64,000 nt of DNA from Terriglobia bacterium. Lineage in GTDB: Bacteria > Acidobacteriota > Terriglobia > Acidiferrales > UBA7541. Made by a program: the position numbers and the translations under genes. The notes under the pieces were generated by a model, which was given only the letters and a program-made list of their open reading frames with translations, was not told where the DNA came from and searched no databases. The stretch spans positions 640,001 through 704,000 of the forward strand of contig OY968796.1 in assembly GCA_963695545.1 (NCBI GenBank). The letters run 5' to 3'. Position 1 is the first letter of the stretch. Every line of letters begins with the position of its first letter. This document shows positions 1 to 10,495 of the stretch, piece by piece.

Positions 1-1
1 G

Positions 2-82
2 TTTTCACACTCATCCACACTCTTTTCCTGTATCCCCTTTGTTTGCCACTCTTACGCAAAACATGCCGGGTGTGTATAGAGG
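2..82 (+). repeat. Dispersed non-coding repeat element, copy A (truncated by the window edge)
   Basis: Aligns without gaps to the reverse complement of 31421-31501 (64/81 identities by hand count); ends in GCAAAAyATrCCGGGkGTGTATA. Confidence 0.8.
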
Positions 83-263
83 CGATTCTCGCCACAAACC
101 TAAAGTGCTGCCTGAGAATTGCGCGGCAACTCGCGGAAGCCTCGCGCCATCAATCTCTTACAGCGTCCGTTCCGTTGTGCGGGGCGCTGCCCGGTTCCCT
201 GCGGATCACTCGCCGGGATATTTCACGCTGGCGCTTTCCGCTGCCGCTACAATAGCTCCTCGG

Positions 264-3200
264 ATGTCTCGCGACGCAATTCGGATCGTCAGGGCGTTCT
301 GCGCAGTCATGTCCGCGCTCGCGCTCGTTGTTTCGCTCGGTGCGCAACCGGCCCTCGCTCAGACAACTGCTCCGCCCGCTGCTTCCTCGGCCTCGACCGC
401 AAACCCATCGCCAAAATCGGCGCTGCCCGCACCCGACGCGCGCAAGGCCCGCGAAGCCTACGAAGCGGGCCGCCGCGCCGAGCAGTCTCTCGACTGGCAG
501 ACCGCCTACTCCGCCGAATCCGAAGCGGCCGAATTCGCACCCGATAACAAGGAATATCAGTTGCGGCGTTACCTCGATCGCTTCGTGCTCGTGCAGCAAT
601 TTACCGACCGCGCCGAACGCGAACAAATCGCCGGCCAATCCTCCGCCGCGCGACAAGATCTCTTGCAAGCGCTCGCGCTCGACCCCGACTACTCGGTCGC
701 GCAAGAGCGCTTGCAGCAACTAGAGCCTTCGAGTCAAGTCGCACCGCCCACTCCGGATGCAGCTCTCGCCGACATTCCCGAAATCCGGCCGCGGCCCGGG
801 ACGCGCAGCTTCGATTTCAACGGCCAAACCCGCGCCGCGTATCAGGAGGTCGCCGCGCAATTCGGCCTCGTGGCGCAGTTTGATGCCGACCTTCCCGATC
901 ACCCCGTGCGCCTGCGCCTGGACGCGGTCGATTTCCAAACCGCGATGAAAGTGCTGGGTGCCGCGACGCACACGTTCTGGCGTCCGATGGACGCGCAAAC
1001 ATTTTTCGTGGCCGACGACACGCCGGCCAAGCGCCGCGATTACGCGCCCGAGATCGAACGGTCATTCATCCTGCCCGACACCATCACCCCGGAAGATATG
1101 AACGAGACCGTGCGCATGATTCGCGAAATCGCCGGCGTCAATCGTGCCACGCTTGACACCGGCTCGCGCCGCCTGACGGTTCGAGATACGCCCCAGCACG
1201 TCGCTCTGGCCCAGGCGCTGCTTGGCGAAATCGAGCAGCCGCGCGGAGAGTTGATGCTCGAAATCGAAATCCTCGAAGTCGACCACTCGCTCACGCGCCA
1301 GCTCGGCGTCTCGCCGCCGACCTCTCAATCCGTCTACGCCCTGACGCCCAGCGAGGCTCAAGCAATCTCGCAAGCCGAATCAAACGGCACGCTTCTGCAA
1401 ACCATCGAAAGCATCTTCACCGGCCTTGGCCTGATTTCCGCCACCGGCGGCGCAAGCGCGGTGCTCCCCGCGCTCCTCGCATTCGGCGGCGGAAAATCCA
1501 TTTTCTTCGCGCCGCTTCCGAGCGCCTCAGCCAATTTCTCGGAAACCATCTCCCATGTGCGCAGCGCCCAGCGCCTCTTGCTTCGCGCCGAAGACGGCCA
1601 GAAAGTTTCCTTCTTCTCCGGCGCGCGCTACCCGGTGTCGCTCGCCAACCTCTCGGCAAATCAATCGGTTTCTCCCACCTCGCTCGGCACCGGCATTCTC
1701 ACCGGCACGCTGCCTACCACCGAATATGCAACGGGCACGGACCCGGTGGCAGTCATCGCAGCGGATTTCAACGGCGACGGCTATCCCGATATCGCCTCCA
1801 CCAACCAATCCGCGGACACCGTTTCGATCCTGCTCAATTCCACCGACGGTTCATTCGCCACACACGTGGATTATCCCGCGGGCACAGGCCCCGCCGGTCT
1901 TGCGACCGCCGATTTCAATGGAGATGGCAAGCCGGACCTGGCCGTGGCTGATTTCACAGGCAATACCGTTTCGATTCTCCTCGGCAACGGCGATGGAACA
2001 TTCCAGACGCCCATAACTTTCCCGGCGGGCACGGGACCAGTGGCCGTGGCCACGGGCGTCTTCAACAATGCCAGCGGACATGTGGACCTGGCTGTCGTCA
2101 ATCAAACCGCGGGCACCGTATCGATCTTTCCCGGCAATGGTGACGGCACATTCGGAACGAAAACGGATTACCCGGTGGGCACTTCGCCATCGGGAATCGC
2201 CGTCGCCGATTTCAACGGCGACGGCAATCTCGATCTGGCGGTGTCGAACCAGGGATCGAACACCGTTTCGGTCCTGCTCGGCAATGGAGACGGCACATTC
2301 CAAGCCAAGACTGATTACACCGTCGGCGCCGCGCCATCCGCCGTCGTCTCCGCAGATTTCAATTTGGACGGCCACCCGGATCTAGCCGTCTCAAATCAAA
2401 CCGACGGCACGGTTTCGATTCTGCTCGGTTTGGGCAACGGCACATTTGGATTCCAGACCACCTTCGCCGCCAACGCCGACCCGACGAGTCTTGTAACCTC
2501 GGACTTCAATAACGACGGCCGCCCTGACCTCGCGGTCTCTAACGCCAGCGCCAACTCCATCTCGATTCTGCTTGGAAACGGCGACGGCACATTCGTAGCT
2601 CCGCTCAGCTTCGGCACGTCGAGCTCGCCAGTTGCGCTGGCCGCGGCCGATTTCAACGGCAATGACTTGATCGACGTGGCCGCGGCGTCGTCGTCAGCGA
2701 ACGCCGTCACCGTGGTTACAAACTCGACGACCGCTCTTGGCTCGGCAAATTCGTCTTTCGTGCCGTACCCGAGCGCGTCGTACGTGGATCTCGGCCTTGG
2801 CGTGCACGCCACACCGCACATCAATGACGCCGGCGAAGTGACGCTCGATCTCCAGTTCGAGATCAGCAGCCTCGCCGGAGAATCCATCAACGATATTCCA
2901 GTCATCAGCAACCGCAGCGTCGAACAAACCGTTCGCGTGCGCGAGAATCAAACGTCGATCATTTCAGGGATCGTGCAGTCGAGCGAGATGGGCGCCATCA
3001 CCGGCTGGCCGTGGGTCGCGCAGCCCGATGCCGCGAGCGCCCTCGCCAGCAATCACAATCAGCAGAACAGCGAAACCGATCTTCTGATTCTCGTCACGCC
3101 GCGCGAAGTGCGCTTGGCGGAGCATCCCGAGCACTCGATCTACGCGGGCGCCGGAGAACCGGGCGGCGCACCGGGAGTCGCCGCGCCTGGCCCCCAAATT

Positions 3201-3383
3201 CCCGCGCCCGCGAGCGTTCCGAGCGCCCCTCAGCCGCCTGGCCCGCCCCCCGCCACGAATAATCCGGGCCCGACGACCGAGCCTGGCACTACCCCCGCGC
3301 CGGCGACGAACGCCGTTCCACCCGGCAATACTGTAACGCCCGCCAATCCCGAACCACCGACCAGCAATCCCAACGGCCCGTGA
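264..3383 (+). CDS. Secretin (GspD/PilQ-like outer-membrane channel) with an N-terminal TPR-like region, seven inserted FG-GAP repeats and a Pro-rich tail
   Basis: Signal peptide ending PALA-Q; N-domain/N3 motif (LTVRDTPQHV...IEQPRGELMLEIEILEV); secretin motifs SGARYPV, YVDLGLGVHATPHI, IPVISNRSVEQTVRV and DLLILVTPREV; 7 DFNxDG-type repeats. Start moved to ATG 264 because the ORF-track start lies inside the repeat element. Confidence 0.85.
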   Translation: MSRDAIRIVRAFCAVMSALALVVSLGAQPALAQTTAPPAASSASTANPSPKSALPAPDARKAREAYEAGRRAEQSLDWQTAYSAESEAAEFAPDNKEYQLRRYLDRFVLVQQFTDRAEREQIAGQSSAARQDLLQALALDPDYSVAQERLQQLEPSSQVAPPTPDAALADIPEIRPRPGTRSFDFNGQTRAAYQEVAAQFGLVAQFDADLPDHPVRLRLDAVDFQTAMKVLGAATHTFWRPMDAQTFFVADDTPAKRRDYAPEIERSFILPDTITPEDMNETVRMIREIAGVNRATLDTGSRRLTVRDTPQHVALAQALLGEIEQPRGELMLEIEILEVDHSLTRQLGVSPPTSQSVYALTPSEAQAISQAESNGTLLQTIESIFTGLGLISATGGASAVLPALLAFGGGKSIFFAPLPSASANFSETISHVRSAQRLLLRAEDGQKVSFFSGARYPVSLANLSANQSVSPTSLGTGILTGTLPTTEYATGTDPVAVIAADFNGDGYPDIASTNQSADTVSILLNSTDGSFATHVDYPAGTGPAGLATADFNGDGKPDLAVADFTGNTVSILLGNGDGTFQTPITFPAGTGPVAVATGVFNNASGHVDLAVVNQTAGTVSIFPGNGDGTFGTKTDYPVGTSPSGIAVADFNGDGNLDLAVSNQGSNTVSVLLGNGDGTFQAKTDYTVGAAPSAVVSADFNLDGHPDLAVSNQTDGTVSILLGLGNGTFGFQTTFAANADPTSLVTSDFNNDGRPDLAVSNASANSISILLGNGDGTFVAPLSFGTSSSPVALAAADFNGNDLIDVAAASSSANAVTVVTNSTTALGSANSSFVPYPSASYVDLGLGVHATPHINDAGEVTLDLQFEISSLAGESINDIPVISNRSVEQTVRVRENQTSIISGIVQSSEMGAITGWPWVAQPDAASALASNHNQQNSETDLLILVTPREVRLAEHPEHSIYAGAGEPGGAPGVAAPGPQIPAPASVPSAPQPPGPPPATNNPGPTTEPGTTPAPATNAVPPGNTVTPANPEPPTSNPNGP

Positions 3384-3451
3384 TCGCTGGCGGCGCCAAG
3401 CTGCCCGCGCGTTTCCATCTCGATTTCAATTTGTCGCGATGCGCGCAGCGT

Positions 3452-4426
3452 TCACGGCTCGGCTTCGAGCACCACCACCGGCCGATACGTCCGCGGCACA
3501 ACGGCTTGCGCGATCGCGATCAGGCGCTGCTGCTGATTGAAAACGCGCAGCCGCGCCGGCTGCCACTCGCCGGAATCGAGTTCCGCCGGTCCTTGTTGCG
3601 TCGCCGGCGCGCGCCCCGGCTGAAGCTGCGCCAGTTGAATCGTGAAATTCGTGCCGTGACGCACGCGGTGCTCGATCGCGGGCGCAACCGTCACGCTCGG
3701 CAAATTCGGCAGCAGGCGCTCGAGCGGCAAAACCCATTCCGCGGCGCGGCCCTCGCGCGCGGCCTGCTCGAATGTTTCGAGCTTCACCGCTTGATCGAGA
3801 GTAAACTCGCCAACGGCCGTGCGCACAATCGCGGAAAGATGCGCGCCGCAACCGAGCGCTTCTCCCATTTCGTGCGCGAGCGAACGAATGTAGGTTCCCG
3901 ATGAACACTCCACCGTGAAGTGCGCGCTCGCGCCTTCGACTTCAAGCGCGCGAAATTCGTAGACTTCCACTTCCGCGGCCTCGAGCTTCACGGGCTTATT
4001 TTCGCGCGCGAGTTCGTGCGCCGGGCGGCCCTGGATTTTTTTCGCGGAATAGGGAGGCGGCATTTGCGCGAATCGTCCCACGCGCGCCGCGGCCAGCGAT
4101 TCGATTTGCGCGCGATCGAGTTGCGGCGCTACGTCCGGACCGAGCGCCGCACCGTCGGCGTCGTACGTATCGGTCGCAAAACCGAAACGAAACGTCGTGT
4201 CGTAGCGCTTGCGTCGCCCTGCGTAAAACTGCGCGAGCCGCGTCGCCCGGCCCAGCAACAGCACCAGCACGCCGGTCGCCAGCGGATCGAGCGTCCCGAG
4301 ATGTCCCACCTGCCGGAATCCCAACGCGTGCCGCACGGCTTCGACAACATCGTGCGAAGTCGGTCCGCCCGGCTTGTCAACGACCAGCGCACCGTCGATG
4401 GACGCGGGCTGCCGCTTTCTAGGCAT
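3452..4426 (-). CDS. truB: tRNA pseudouridine(55) synthase
   Basis: VDKPGGPTSHDVV, VGHLGTLDPLATGVL and CSSGTYIRSL motifs; position after rbfA. Confidence 0.97.
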   Translation of the reverse strand: MPRKRQPASIDGALVVDKPGGPTSHDVVEAVRHALGFRQVGHLGTLDPLATGVLVLLLGRATRLAQFYAGRRKRYDTTFRFGFATDTYDADGAALGPDVAPQLDRAQIESLAAARVGRFAQMPPPYSAKKIQGRPAHELARENKPVKLEAAEVEVYEFRALEVEGASAHFTVECSSGTYIRSLAHEMGEALGCGAHLSAIVRTAVGEFTLDQAVKLETFEQAAREGRAAEWVLPLERLLPNLPSVTVAPAIEHRVRHGTNFTIQLAQLQPGRAPATQQGPAELDSGEWQPARLRVFNQQQRLIAIAQAVVPRTYRPVVVLEAEP

Positions 4427-4480
4427 GATTTGGAGTCACGAAGGCTGCAGAATTTGCGGAGAGCAAGCGCGCCGTCAACA

Positions 4481-4843
4481 TCAAGGCGCAGGCGGCTTCT
4501 TTGCCTCGCGCAGCAATTCTTCGATTCGTTGGCTGTATTGGTCCGAGCGGTCGATCACGAAATTCAATTCCGGCGCGCGCCGCAACCGCAGCCGCGAAGC
4601 CAGTTCGTGCCGGATGTAGCCGGACGCGGCGTTTAGTCCCGCGAGCACGCGTTTATCTTCGGCTTGGTCGCCGCGCACGCTCACGTACACGCGCACCAGC
4701 TTCAAGCCGTGCAGCATGCGCACTTCGCTCACAGTCACCGCGGCATCCAGGCGCGGATCCATCAGCTCGCCGGCGAGCATCGAGCCCAACTCGTGGGCGA
4801 TCTCCTCGGCAACCCGTTCGTGACGATGTCCTGCAACAGTCAT
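4481..4843 (-). CDS. rbfA: 30S ribosome-binding factor A
   Basis: RHERVAEEI, DPRL, ASGYIRHELASRLRLRRAPELNF; operon context. Start trimmed to ATG 4843. Confidence 0.95.
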   Translation of the reverse strand: MTVAGHRHERVAEEIAHELGSMLAGELMDPRLDAAVTVSEVRMLHGLKLVRVYVSVRGDQAEDKRVLAGLNAASGYIRHELASRLRLRRAPELNFVIDRSDQYSQRIEELLREAKKPPAP

Positions 4844-4955
4844 ATTCACCGTCCGCAACAGCCGGACTCCCCTTACGGGCAACTTTTGCTCCTGCGAACT
4901 TTCTCGCACGGAGACTTTCGCTGTCAAAACAATTCTCTCTTTTTTCTTAGTAAAT

Positions 4956-5237
4956 TCACAACAACTCCAATTCGTGTCCCACAAGATCGCGCCCCAGCAC
5001 GCGTTCGGATTCCTCAAAAATTGTGCGCAGTGATTGTTCGAGGTGCCCCGCGTTGTTCGAGAGCGTCGCCACGCCGATTGTCGCGCGCTGCCATGCATCT
5101 TGCCCGTCCAGTTCCGCCACGGCCACGTTGAATCGCGCGCGAAGTCGATCCTTCAGGCTGCGCAGCACCTGGCGCTTATCCTTCAAAGAGTGCGCGTCCG
5201 GGATATAAATTTCCAGGGTGAGCAACCCGATCGGCAT
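4956..5237 (-). CDS. DUF503 (YlxP-like) protein
   Basis: AHSLKDKRQVLRSLKDRLRARFNVAVAE..QDAWQ motif; lies between infB and rbfA. Confidence 0.92.
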   Translation of the reverse strand: MPIGLLTLEIYIPDAHSLKDKRQVLRSLKDRLRARFNVAVAELDGQDAWQRATIGVATLSNNAGHLEQSLRTIFEESERVLGRDLVGHELELL

Positions 5238-5315
5238 TCGCGCTCCCTGGTGAGAGGAATCTTGCGGTAGACGAAGCAAACTCAGCGAAACAGCCGGCTC
5301 TCGCGAACCAGGCGA

Positions 5316-8189
5316 CTACGCGCTCGCCTCCGCCAAGGCGACCTTCTGCAAATTGAAGCACTCGAGCACGTCGGCCACTTTGAGGTCGTTGAAATTCGCC
5401 ACGCCCACGCCGCACTCAAAGCCCGCGCGCACTTCGCTCGCGTCATCCTTGAAGCGCCGCAGCGAACTCAGCTTACCGGTGTAAACCACCGCTCCGTCGC
5501 GCACCACGCGCACCTGCGCGTCGCGCTTCAGCACGCCATCCAGCACGTAACAACCGGCAATCATCCCCACGCCCTTGATGCGGAACGTGTCGCGCACTTC
5601 GGCGCGGCCCAGATGCGTTTCCTGGAACACCGGCTCGAGCAATCCGGAAAGCGCCTTCTTGATTTCGTCCGAGACTTCGTAAATTACCGAATGCGTGCGA
5701 ATGTCCACGTTTTCCTGCTGCGCCAGCTCCGCCGCTTTGCGCTCCGGCCGCACGTTGAACGCGATCACGATTGCGTTTGACGCCGAAGCCAGCAGCACGT
5801 CGGTCTCGGAAACCGCGCCGACGCTCGCGTGAATGATCTTGAGCTTCACCTGATCGGTCGATAGCTTCGGCAGCATTTCTTCCAGCACTTCCACCGAGCC
5901 TTGCACGTCGGCCTTGATCACCACCGGCAATTCCTTCACTTCGCCCACGCGCAACTGCTCGTGCAATTGATCGAGCGTGATGCGCGCGCCGGAAGTTTTC
6001 GCGAGCGCGGCGTCGCGAATTTTCGTTTGCCGGTAATCGACGATGTGCCGCGCCTTGGCCTCGTCGGTCACTTGCAATGGATCGCCCGCTTCCGGCACGC
6101 CCTGCAATCCCAGCACTTCGACCGGCGTCGATGGACCAGCCTCTTTCACGATGCGGCCTTTGTCGTCAAACATCGCGCGCACTTTGCCGTACACCGCGCC
6201 GCAGATGAAAACGTCGCCCGTGCGCAGCGTGCCGCCTTGCACCAAAACCGTGGCCACGGGTCCGCGCCCTTTGTCCACGCGCGATTCAAGCACCGTGCCC
6301 GTCGCCGGAGCCGTCGGGCTGGCGCGCAGCTCGCGCAAATCGGAAACCAGCAGAATCATCTCCAGCAACTTGTCGAGATTGGTCCGTTGCTTCGCGGAAA
6401 CTTCCACGGTCACCGTGTCGCCGCCCCAATCTTCGGGCATTAGTCCACGATCGGCCAACTGGCGCTTCACGCGCTCGGTTTCCGCGCCGGGCTTGTCAAT
6501 TTTGTTGATCGCAACAATGATCGGAACGCCCGCGGCCTTGGCGTGATCGATGGCCTCTTGCGTTTGCGGCATCACGCCATCGTCAGCCGCCACGACCAGC
6601 ACCACGATGTCCGTGACCTTCGCGCCGCGCGCGCGCATGCGCGTGAAGGCTTCGTGGCCCGGCGTGTCGATGAAAACGATGCGCCGTCCGTTCACCGTCA
6701 CTTGCGACGCGCCGATGTGCTGCGTGATCCCCCCGGCCTCGCCCGCGGCCACTTCGGTTTGGCGAATGGCGTCAAGCAAACTGGTTTTGCCGTGATCAAC
6801 GTGGCCCATCACGGTCACCACCGGCGCACGCGGCTCAAGGTCGGAGGCCTTATTCTCCTTGGCGTTTTCCTTCGCCGTGTCCTGCACCACTTCTTCCTCG
6901 AACGAAATCACATTCACGATTCCGTTAAAGGCTTCGGCCAAACTCGTGGCCATCGGAACATCGAGCGCCTGGTTGATGCTGGCGAAAATTCCGCGATCCA
7001 GCAGCGTCTTCAAAACATCCTTCGCGCGCACGTCCAGCTTTTCGGCCAGATCGCGCACCGTGATTCCTTCGGTGATCGTCACTGGACGCGGCTCGCGCGG
7101 CGGAGCCGCCGGAGCGCGCTCCACTTGTGCCGTGCGGCGCTCGCCGACGCCCGCGCGCGTGCGCACCGGATGCAACTTGCGTTCGCCTTCTTCAAATCGC
7201 CGCTCGAGCGTCGGCCGCGCACGCGCCGCGGGCTTGCGTTCGTAAATCGGCTTGCCCGGCTCAGCCTTCGGCGGAACTCGATCCGGTGGAAGCAACGGCC
7301 CCGGCCGCCCGCCGCCGCCACTCGGCCGCTGACCAGGCCGCGAAGGCACAAACCCGGGCCGAACGCCTGGCGCGCCGGGACGCATCGGCGGCCGTGAAGG
7401 CACAAAACCGCCCGGTCGCACGCCGGGATTGACTGCTCCGGATCGCGCCGCCATCGGCGCGCCGCCAGCCGCAGGTCGCGCGGCAGTGGGATGAATTCGT
7501 GCTCCAGCCGCGGGCGCTGCGCTCACCGGGGCAGCAGGCCTTTGCGGCGGCAGCGGATTTGGCCTGCCGATCGCGGGCGGAGCCGGCGTTCTTGATCGCG
7601 TAGGCGCGGGAGTCGTTTGGCCCGAAGCAGCGGGTCGCGCGGCAACAGTGCCCGGCGCCGCAGGTCTCGCTGGGATAGCGCCATGTGCCGCGGGTCTAGC
7701 GGGAGCGGCGCCGGGCGCTGAAGGTCTGGTTGGAATTGCCGCCGGAGGGCCGGGCTTCGCCGGTGCCGTGGAGGCTGGCGCAGCCGGTGGCTTCGCAGCG
7801 GGCGCGGCTGCCGGAGGTGGCGCAGCGGTTGCCGCAGGAGTCGCTGCAACTGGCACGGCCGCTGCCGGAGCCACTGGCGTCGGCGCAGCGGCAGGCGCGG
7901 GCGGCGCTACAGCCGGCACGGGCGCCGCGGGCGGCCGCATGCGCGCGGCTTTGGCAGCCGCATCCTTCGCGGCTTTATCCGCGATGGCTTTTGCTTCCGC
8001 CGCGGCTTCGGCGTCAGCCATCTGCCGAAAATGTTCTTTGACTTTCTCTGCGGCGGATACATCGATCGAACTCGAATGCGTTTTCTTTTCGGTGACGCCG
8101 GCTTCCGGCAAATAATCCAGAATTGCCTTGGCCTTCACCTCGAGTTCGCGGGCCAGCTCGTTGATGCGAATTTGCGGTTGATCGGACAT
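5316..8189 (-). CDS. infB: Translation initiation factor IF-2
   Basis: [33 protein letters not shown]; Pro/Ala-rich N-terminal linker. Confidence 0.99.
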   Translation of the reverse strand: MSDQPQIRINELARELEVKAKAILDYLPEAGVTEKKTHSSSIDVSAAEKVKEHFRQMADAEAAAEAKAIADKAAKDAAAKAARMRPPAAPVPAVAPPAPAAAPTPVAPAAAVPVAATPAATAAPPPAAAPAAKPPAAPASTAPAKPGPPAAIPTRPSAPGAAPARPAAHGAIPARPAAPGTVAARPAASGQTTPAPTRSRTPAPPAIGRPNPLPPQRPAAPVSAAPAAGARIHPTAARPAAGGAPMAARSGAVNPGVRPGGFVPSRPPMRPGAPGVRPGFVPSRPGQRPSGGGGRPGPLLPPDRVPPKAEPGKPIYERKPAARARPTLERRFEEGERKLHPVRTRAGVGERRTAQVERAPAAPPREPRPVTITEGITVRDLAEKLDVRAKDVLKTLLDRGIFASINQALDVPMATSLAEAFNGIVNVISFEEEVVQDTAKENAKENKASDLEPRAPVVTVMGHVDHGKTSLLDAIRQTEVAAGEAGGITQHIGASQVTVNGRRIVFIDTPGHEAFTRMRARGAKVTDIVVLVVAADDGVMPQTQEAIDHAKAAGVPIIVAINKIDKPGAETERVKRQLADRGLMPEDWGGDTVTVEVSAKQRTNLDKLLEMILLVSDLRELRASPTAPATGTVLESRVDKGRGPVATVLVQGGTLRTGDVFICGAVYGKVRAMFDDKGRIVKEAGPSTPVEVLGLQGVPEAGDPLQVTDEAKARHIVDYRQTKIRDAALAKTSGARITLDQLHEQLRVGEVKELPVVIKADVQGSVEVLEEMLPKLSTDQVKLKIIHASVGAVSETDVLLASASNAIVIAFNVRPERKAAELAQQENVDIRTHSVIYEVSDEIKKALSGLLEPVFQETHLGRAEVRDTFRIKGVGMIAGCYVLDGVLKRDAQVRVVRDGAVVYTGKLSSLRRFKDDASEVRAGFECGVGVANFNDLKVADVLECFNLQKVALAEASA

Positions 8190-8198
8190 CCGTTGAAG

Positions 8199-9767
8199 TT
8201 ATTGGTCCCCTTCGCCCTCGCCGCTTGCAGGCGCTTCGGCTGACGCGTTTTCGTTCCCAGTTTCCTCGGCGGGCGGCTCGGAAGTTTCCGTGGCTTCGGG
8301 AGCGTCCGTTACTTCGGGCGATTCGGCCGCTTCGGCGTCAATCGCCGCCTGGTCGAGCGCTTCCTGCTCGCTCGGCGTTTCTGTTTCGCCAGCCGCATCC
8401 GCACCTTCAGGCGCAGCTTCTTGTGCTTCGCCTGTAGCTTCACCTTCCGTAGCGGCCTCGACTTCGCCTTCCTGCGCAGCTTCCGCCGCAGCCGCTTGCT
8501 GTGCTTCGAGGTCCTGGAAATATGCGGCGACCGCAAGCTGTATCTTCTCGACCATCTTTTCGCCGATGCCCGGAATTTCCATCAGTTGCTCGGGCGTCAT
8601 GTCCGCGAGCTTTTCGATCAAGGTGATGCCGTGCGCCTCGATGCGCTCGATTGTCTTCGGACCGATGCCCTGCAACTCGGAAAGCGGCGTGCCCGGAGCG
8701 GTGAGCGCGGCCATCTGCGCTTCAATCTCCTGGCGTTTTTCTTCTTCGCTCTTGATGTCCACGTTCCAGCCGATCAGCTTGCTGGCCAGGCGAACGTTCT
8801 GGCCCTTTCTGCCGATCGCGAGCGAAAGCTGCGTATCCTCGACGATGATCTCGAGGTGCTTGGTCTCCGGATCGATGATCTGCACGCGCGTGACCTTCGC
8901 GGGCGAAAGCGCCTTCTGCGCGAACGTCACCGTATCTTCGGAGTACGGAATGATGTCAATTTTTTCGCCGTGCAATTCGCGGATGATCGACTGCACGCGC
9001 ATGCCCTTCATGCCCACGCACGCGCCGACCGGGTCGACGTCCTTATCGCGGCTGGCGACCGCGATTTTCGTGCGCTCGCCGGCCTCGCGCGCCGCGGCGC
9101 GAATCTGCACCGTGCCGTCGTAAATTTCCGGCACTTCCATCTCGAACAATCTCTGCACCAGCACGGGATCGGCGCGCGACACAACCACTTGCGGCCCCTT
9201 GGCCGCGCGATCCACGCCGCGAATCACCACGCGCAAACGCTCGCCGATGTTGTAAGTTTCCAAACGCGATTGCTCGCGCCGCGGCAAGCGCGCTTCCGCG
9301 CGGCCCAGGTCCACGATCACGTCCGGACCCTCGACGCGCTTCACGATGCAATTCACCAGCTCGCCCGTGCGGCCGTTATATTCGTTAAAGATCGTGTCGC
9401 GCTCGGCTTCGCGCACCTTCTGCATGATCACTTGCTTAGCGGTTTGCGCGGCGATGCGCCCGAGCACGTCCGTCGGCTTGGAAAACAAAATTTCGCCGCC
9501 CACCTCCACGTCCGGATGGGTCTTGCGCGCTTCGGCCAGAGTGACTTCCTTTTTCGGGTCCGTCACTTCGTCGACCACCAGGCGCGCCGCAAAAACGTCG
9601 ATTTGTCCCGTGTCCGGATTGAATTTCGAGCGCAGCTCTTCCTCGGTCTTGTAATACTTTCGCGCAGCCACAACCATGGCGTCTTCAATCGCCGCCACGA
9701 TAATCTCGGGCTCGATGTGCTTTTCCCGGCTGATCTGCTCGATGGTCTGATACAACAAACTTGCCAT
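8199..9767 (-). CDS. nusA: Transcription termination/antitermination factor NusA with HhH region and acidic tail
   Basis: GRIAAQTAKQVIMQKVREAER, AREAGERTKIAV, DPVGACVGMKG, LAIGRKGQNVRLASKL. Confidence 0.99.
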   Translation of the reverse strand: MASLLYQTIEQISREKHIEPEIIVAAIEDAMVVAARKYYKTEEELRSKFNPDTGQIDVFAARLVVDEVTDPKKEVTLAEARKTHPDVEVGGEILFSKPTDVLGRIAAQTAKQVIMQKVREAERDTIFNEYNGRTGELVNCIVKRVEGPDVIVDLGRAEARLPRREQSRLETYNIGERLRVVIRGVDRAAKGPQVVVSRADPVLVQRLFEMEVPEIYDGTVQIRAAAREAGERTKIAVASRDKDVDPVGACVGMKGMRVQSIIRELHGEKIDIIPYSEDTVTFAQKALSPAKVTRVQIIDPETKHLEIIVEDTQLSLAIGRKGQNVRLASKLIGWNVDIKSEEEKRQEIEAQMAALTAPGTPLSELQGIGPKTIERIEAHGITLIEKLADMTPEQLMEIPGIGEKMVEKIQLAVAAYFQDLEAQQAAAAEAAQEGEVEAATEGEATGEAQEAAPEGADAAGETETPSEQEALDQAAIDAEAAESPEVTDAPEATETSEPPAEETGNENASAEAPASGEGEGDQ

Positions 9768-9792
9768 TGCCCCTCGCTCTCGAATCTTGCCG

Positions 9793-10320
9793 CTAAAACT
9801 CGACTACCAACTGCGCTTTGCGAATCGCTTCGATCGGCAGCGCGATTCGCCGCCCGGCCACATCCATTGCCACTTGCCCGTCCGCAAATCCCGCCAGGCG
9901 CCCGTCGAAAAACGTTTGCCCTTCGACCGGCGCAAACGTCGAGATGCGCGCACGCCGCCCCGCGAAGCGCTCAAATTCCGCCGGCTTCGCCAGCTTGCGG
10001 TCGAGTCCCGGCGAGCTCACTTCGAGGACGTAGCTCGGCCCGGGCACCAGATCCTCGACATCCAAAATGACGCTCAGTTGATGGCTGACCGCTTCGCAAT
10101 CGCGGTGGCCGACGCCTTCAGTCGTGCCAGGCTCGGCCAACTCATCAGAGGTCAACGACTCATCCGCAGCAACTGCGTGGTTCGCCTTTGCAGGCTTGTC
10201 AATGTAGACGCGCAGGAAGCGCTGCTTCCCTACCTTCCACTCCACGTCCACAATTTCGAGACCCAGCGAGCGAGCTACGCGCTCGGCCGCCTCGCGAATC
10301 CGCTCGACGTCCACACCCAT
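9793..10320 (-). CDS. rimP: Ribosome maturation factor RimP
   Basis: LRVYIDK, DCEAVS, YVLEVSSPGLDRKL; first gene of the nusA-infB operon. Confidence 0.97.
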   Translation of the reverse strand: MGVDVERIREAAERVARSLGLEIVDVEWKVGKQRFLRVYIDKPAKANHAVAADESLTSDELAEPGTTEGVGHRDCEAVSHQLSVILDVEDLVPGPSYVLEVSSPGLDRKLAKPAEFERFAGRRARISTFAPVEGQTFFDGRLAGFADGQVAMDVAGRRIALPIEAIRKAQLVVEF

Positions 10321-10350
10321 GACGCACTTGCCTCGCCGCGGTCCCCGGGG

Positions 10351-10377
10351 AACAAAAAAGTGGGCTCTCGCCCACTC
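10351..10377 (-). promoter_or_regulatory. rimP-leader attenuator hairpin (terminator-like)
   Basis: Minus strand GAGTGGGC-GAGA-GCCCACT followed by TTTTTGTT; matches the GGGC...GCCC leader known upstream of rimP-nusA-infB. Confidence 0.85.
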
Positions 10378-10410
10378 GAACGTGCGACCCAGTTCACCGC
10401 AGCAAAAACC

Positions 10411-10439
10411 AGTATAAACGCCCTTACTGGGAAAATCAA
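10411..10439 (-). promoter_or_regulatory. Sigma-70-type promoter of the rimP operon
   Basis: TTGATT-N17-TATACT on the minus strand just upstream of the leader. Confidence 0.7.
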
Positions 10440-10495
10440 GGAAGGCAAAGGGATGCCGGCGGCGTCAGTTTCACCGGGTGCCCGGCGCAGGACAA

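Noticed and set aside
39..263. N-terminal extension of the secretin ORF in the ORF track
   Set aside because: It begins inside the non-coding repeat and would bury the signal peptide; the true start is more likely ATG 264 or 309.
1720..2725. Periodic DNA repeats resembling an array
   Set aside because: They are in-frame FG-GAP protein repeats with synonymous variation, not CRISPR or a non-coding array.
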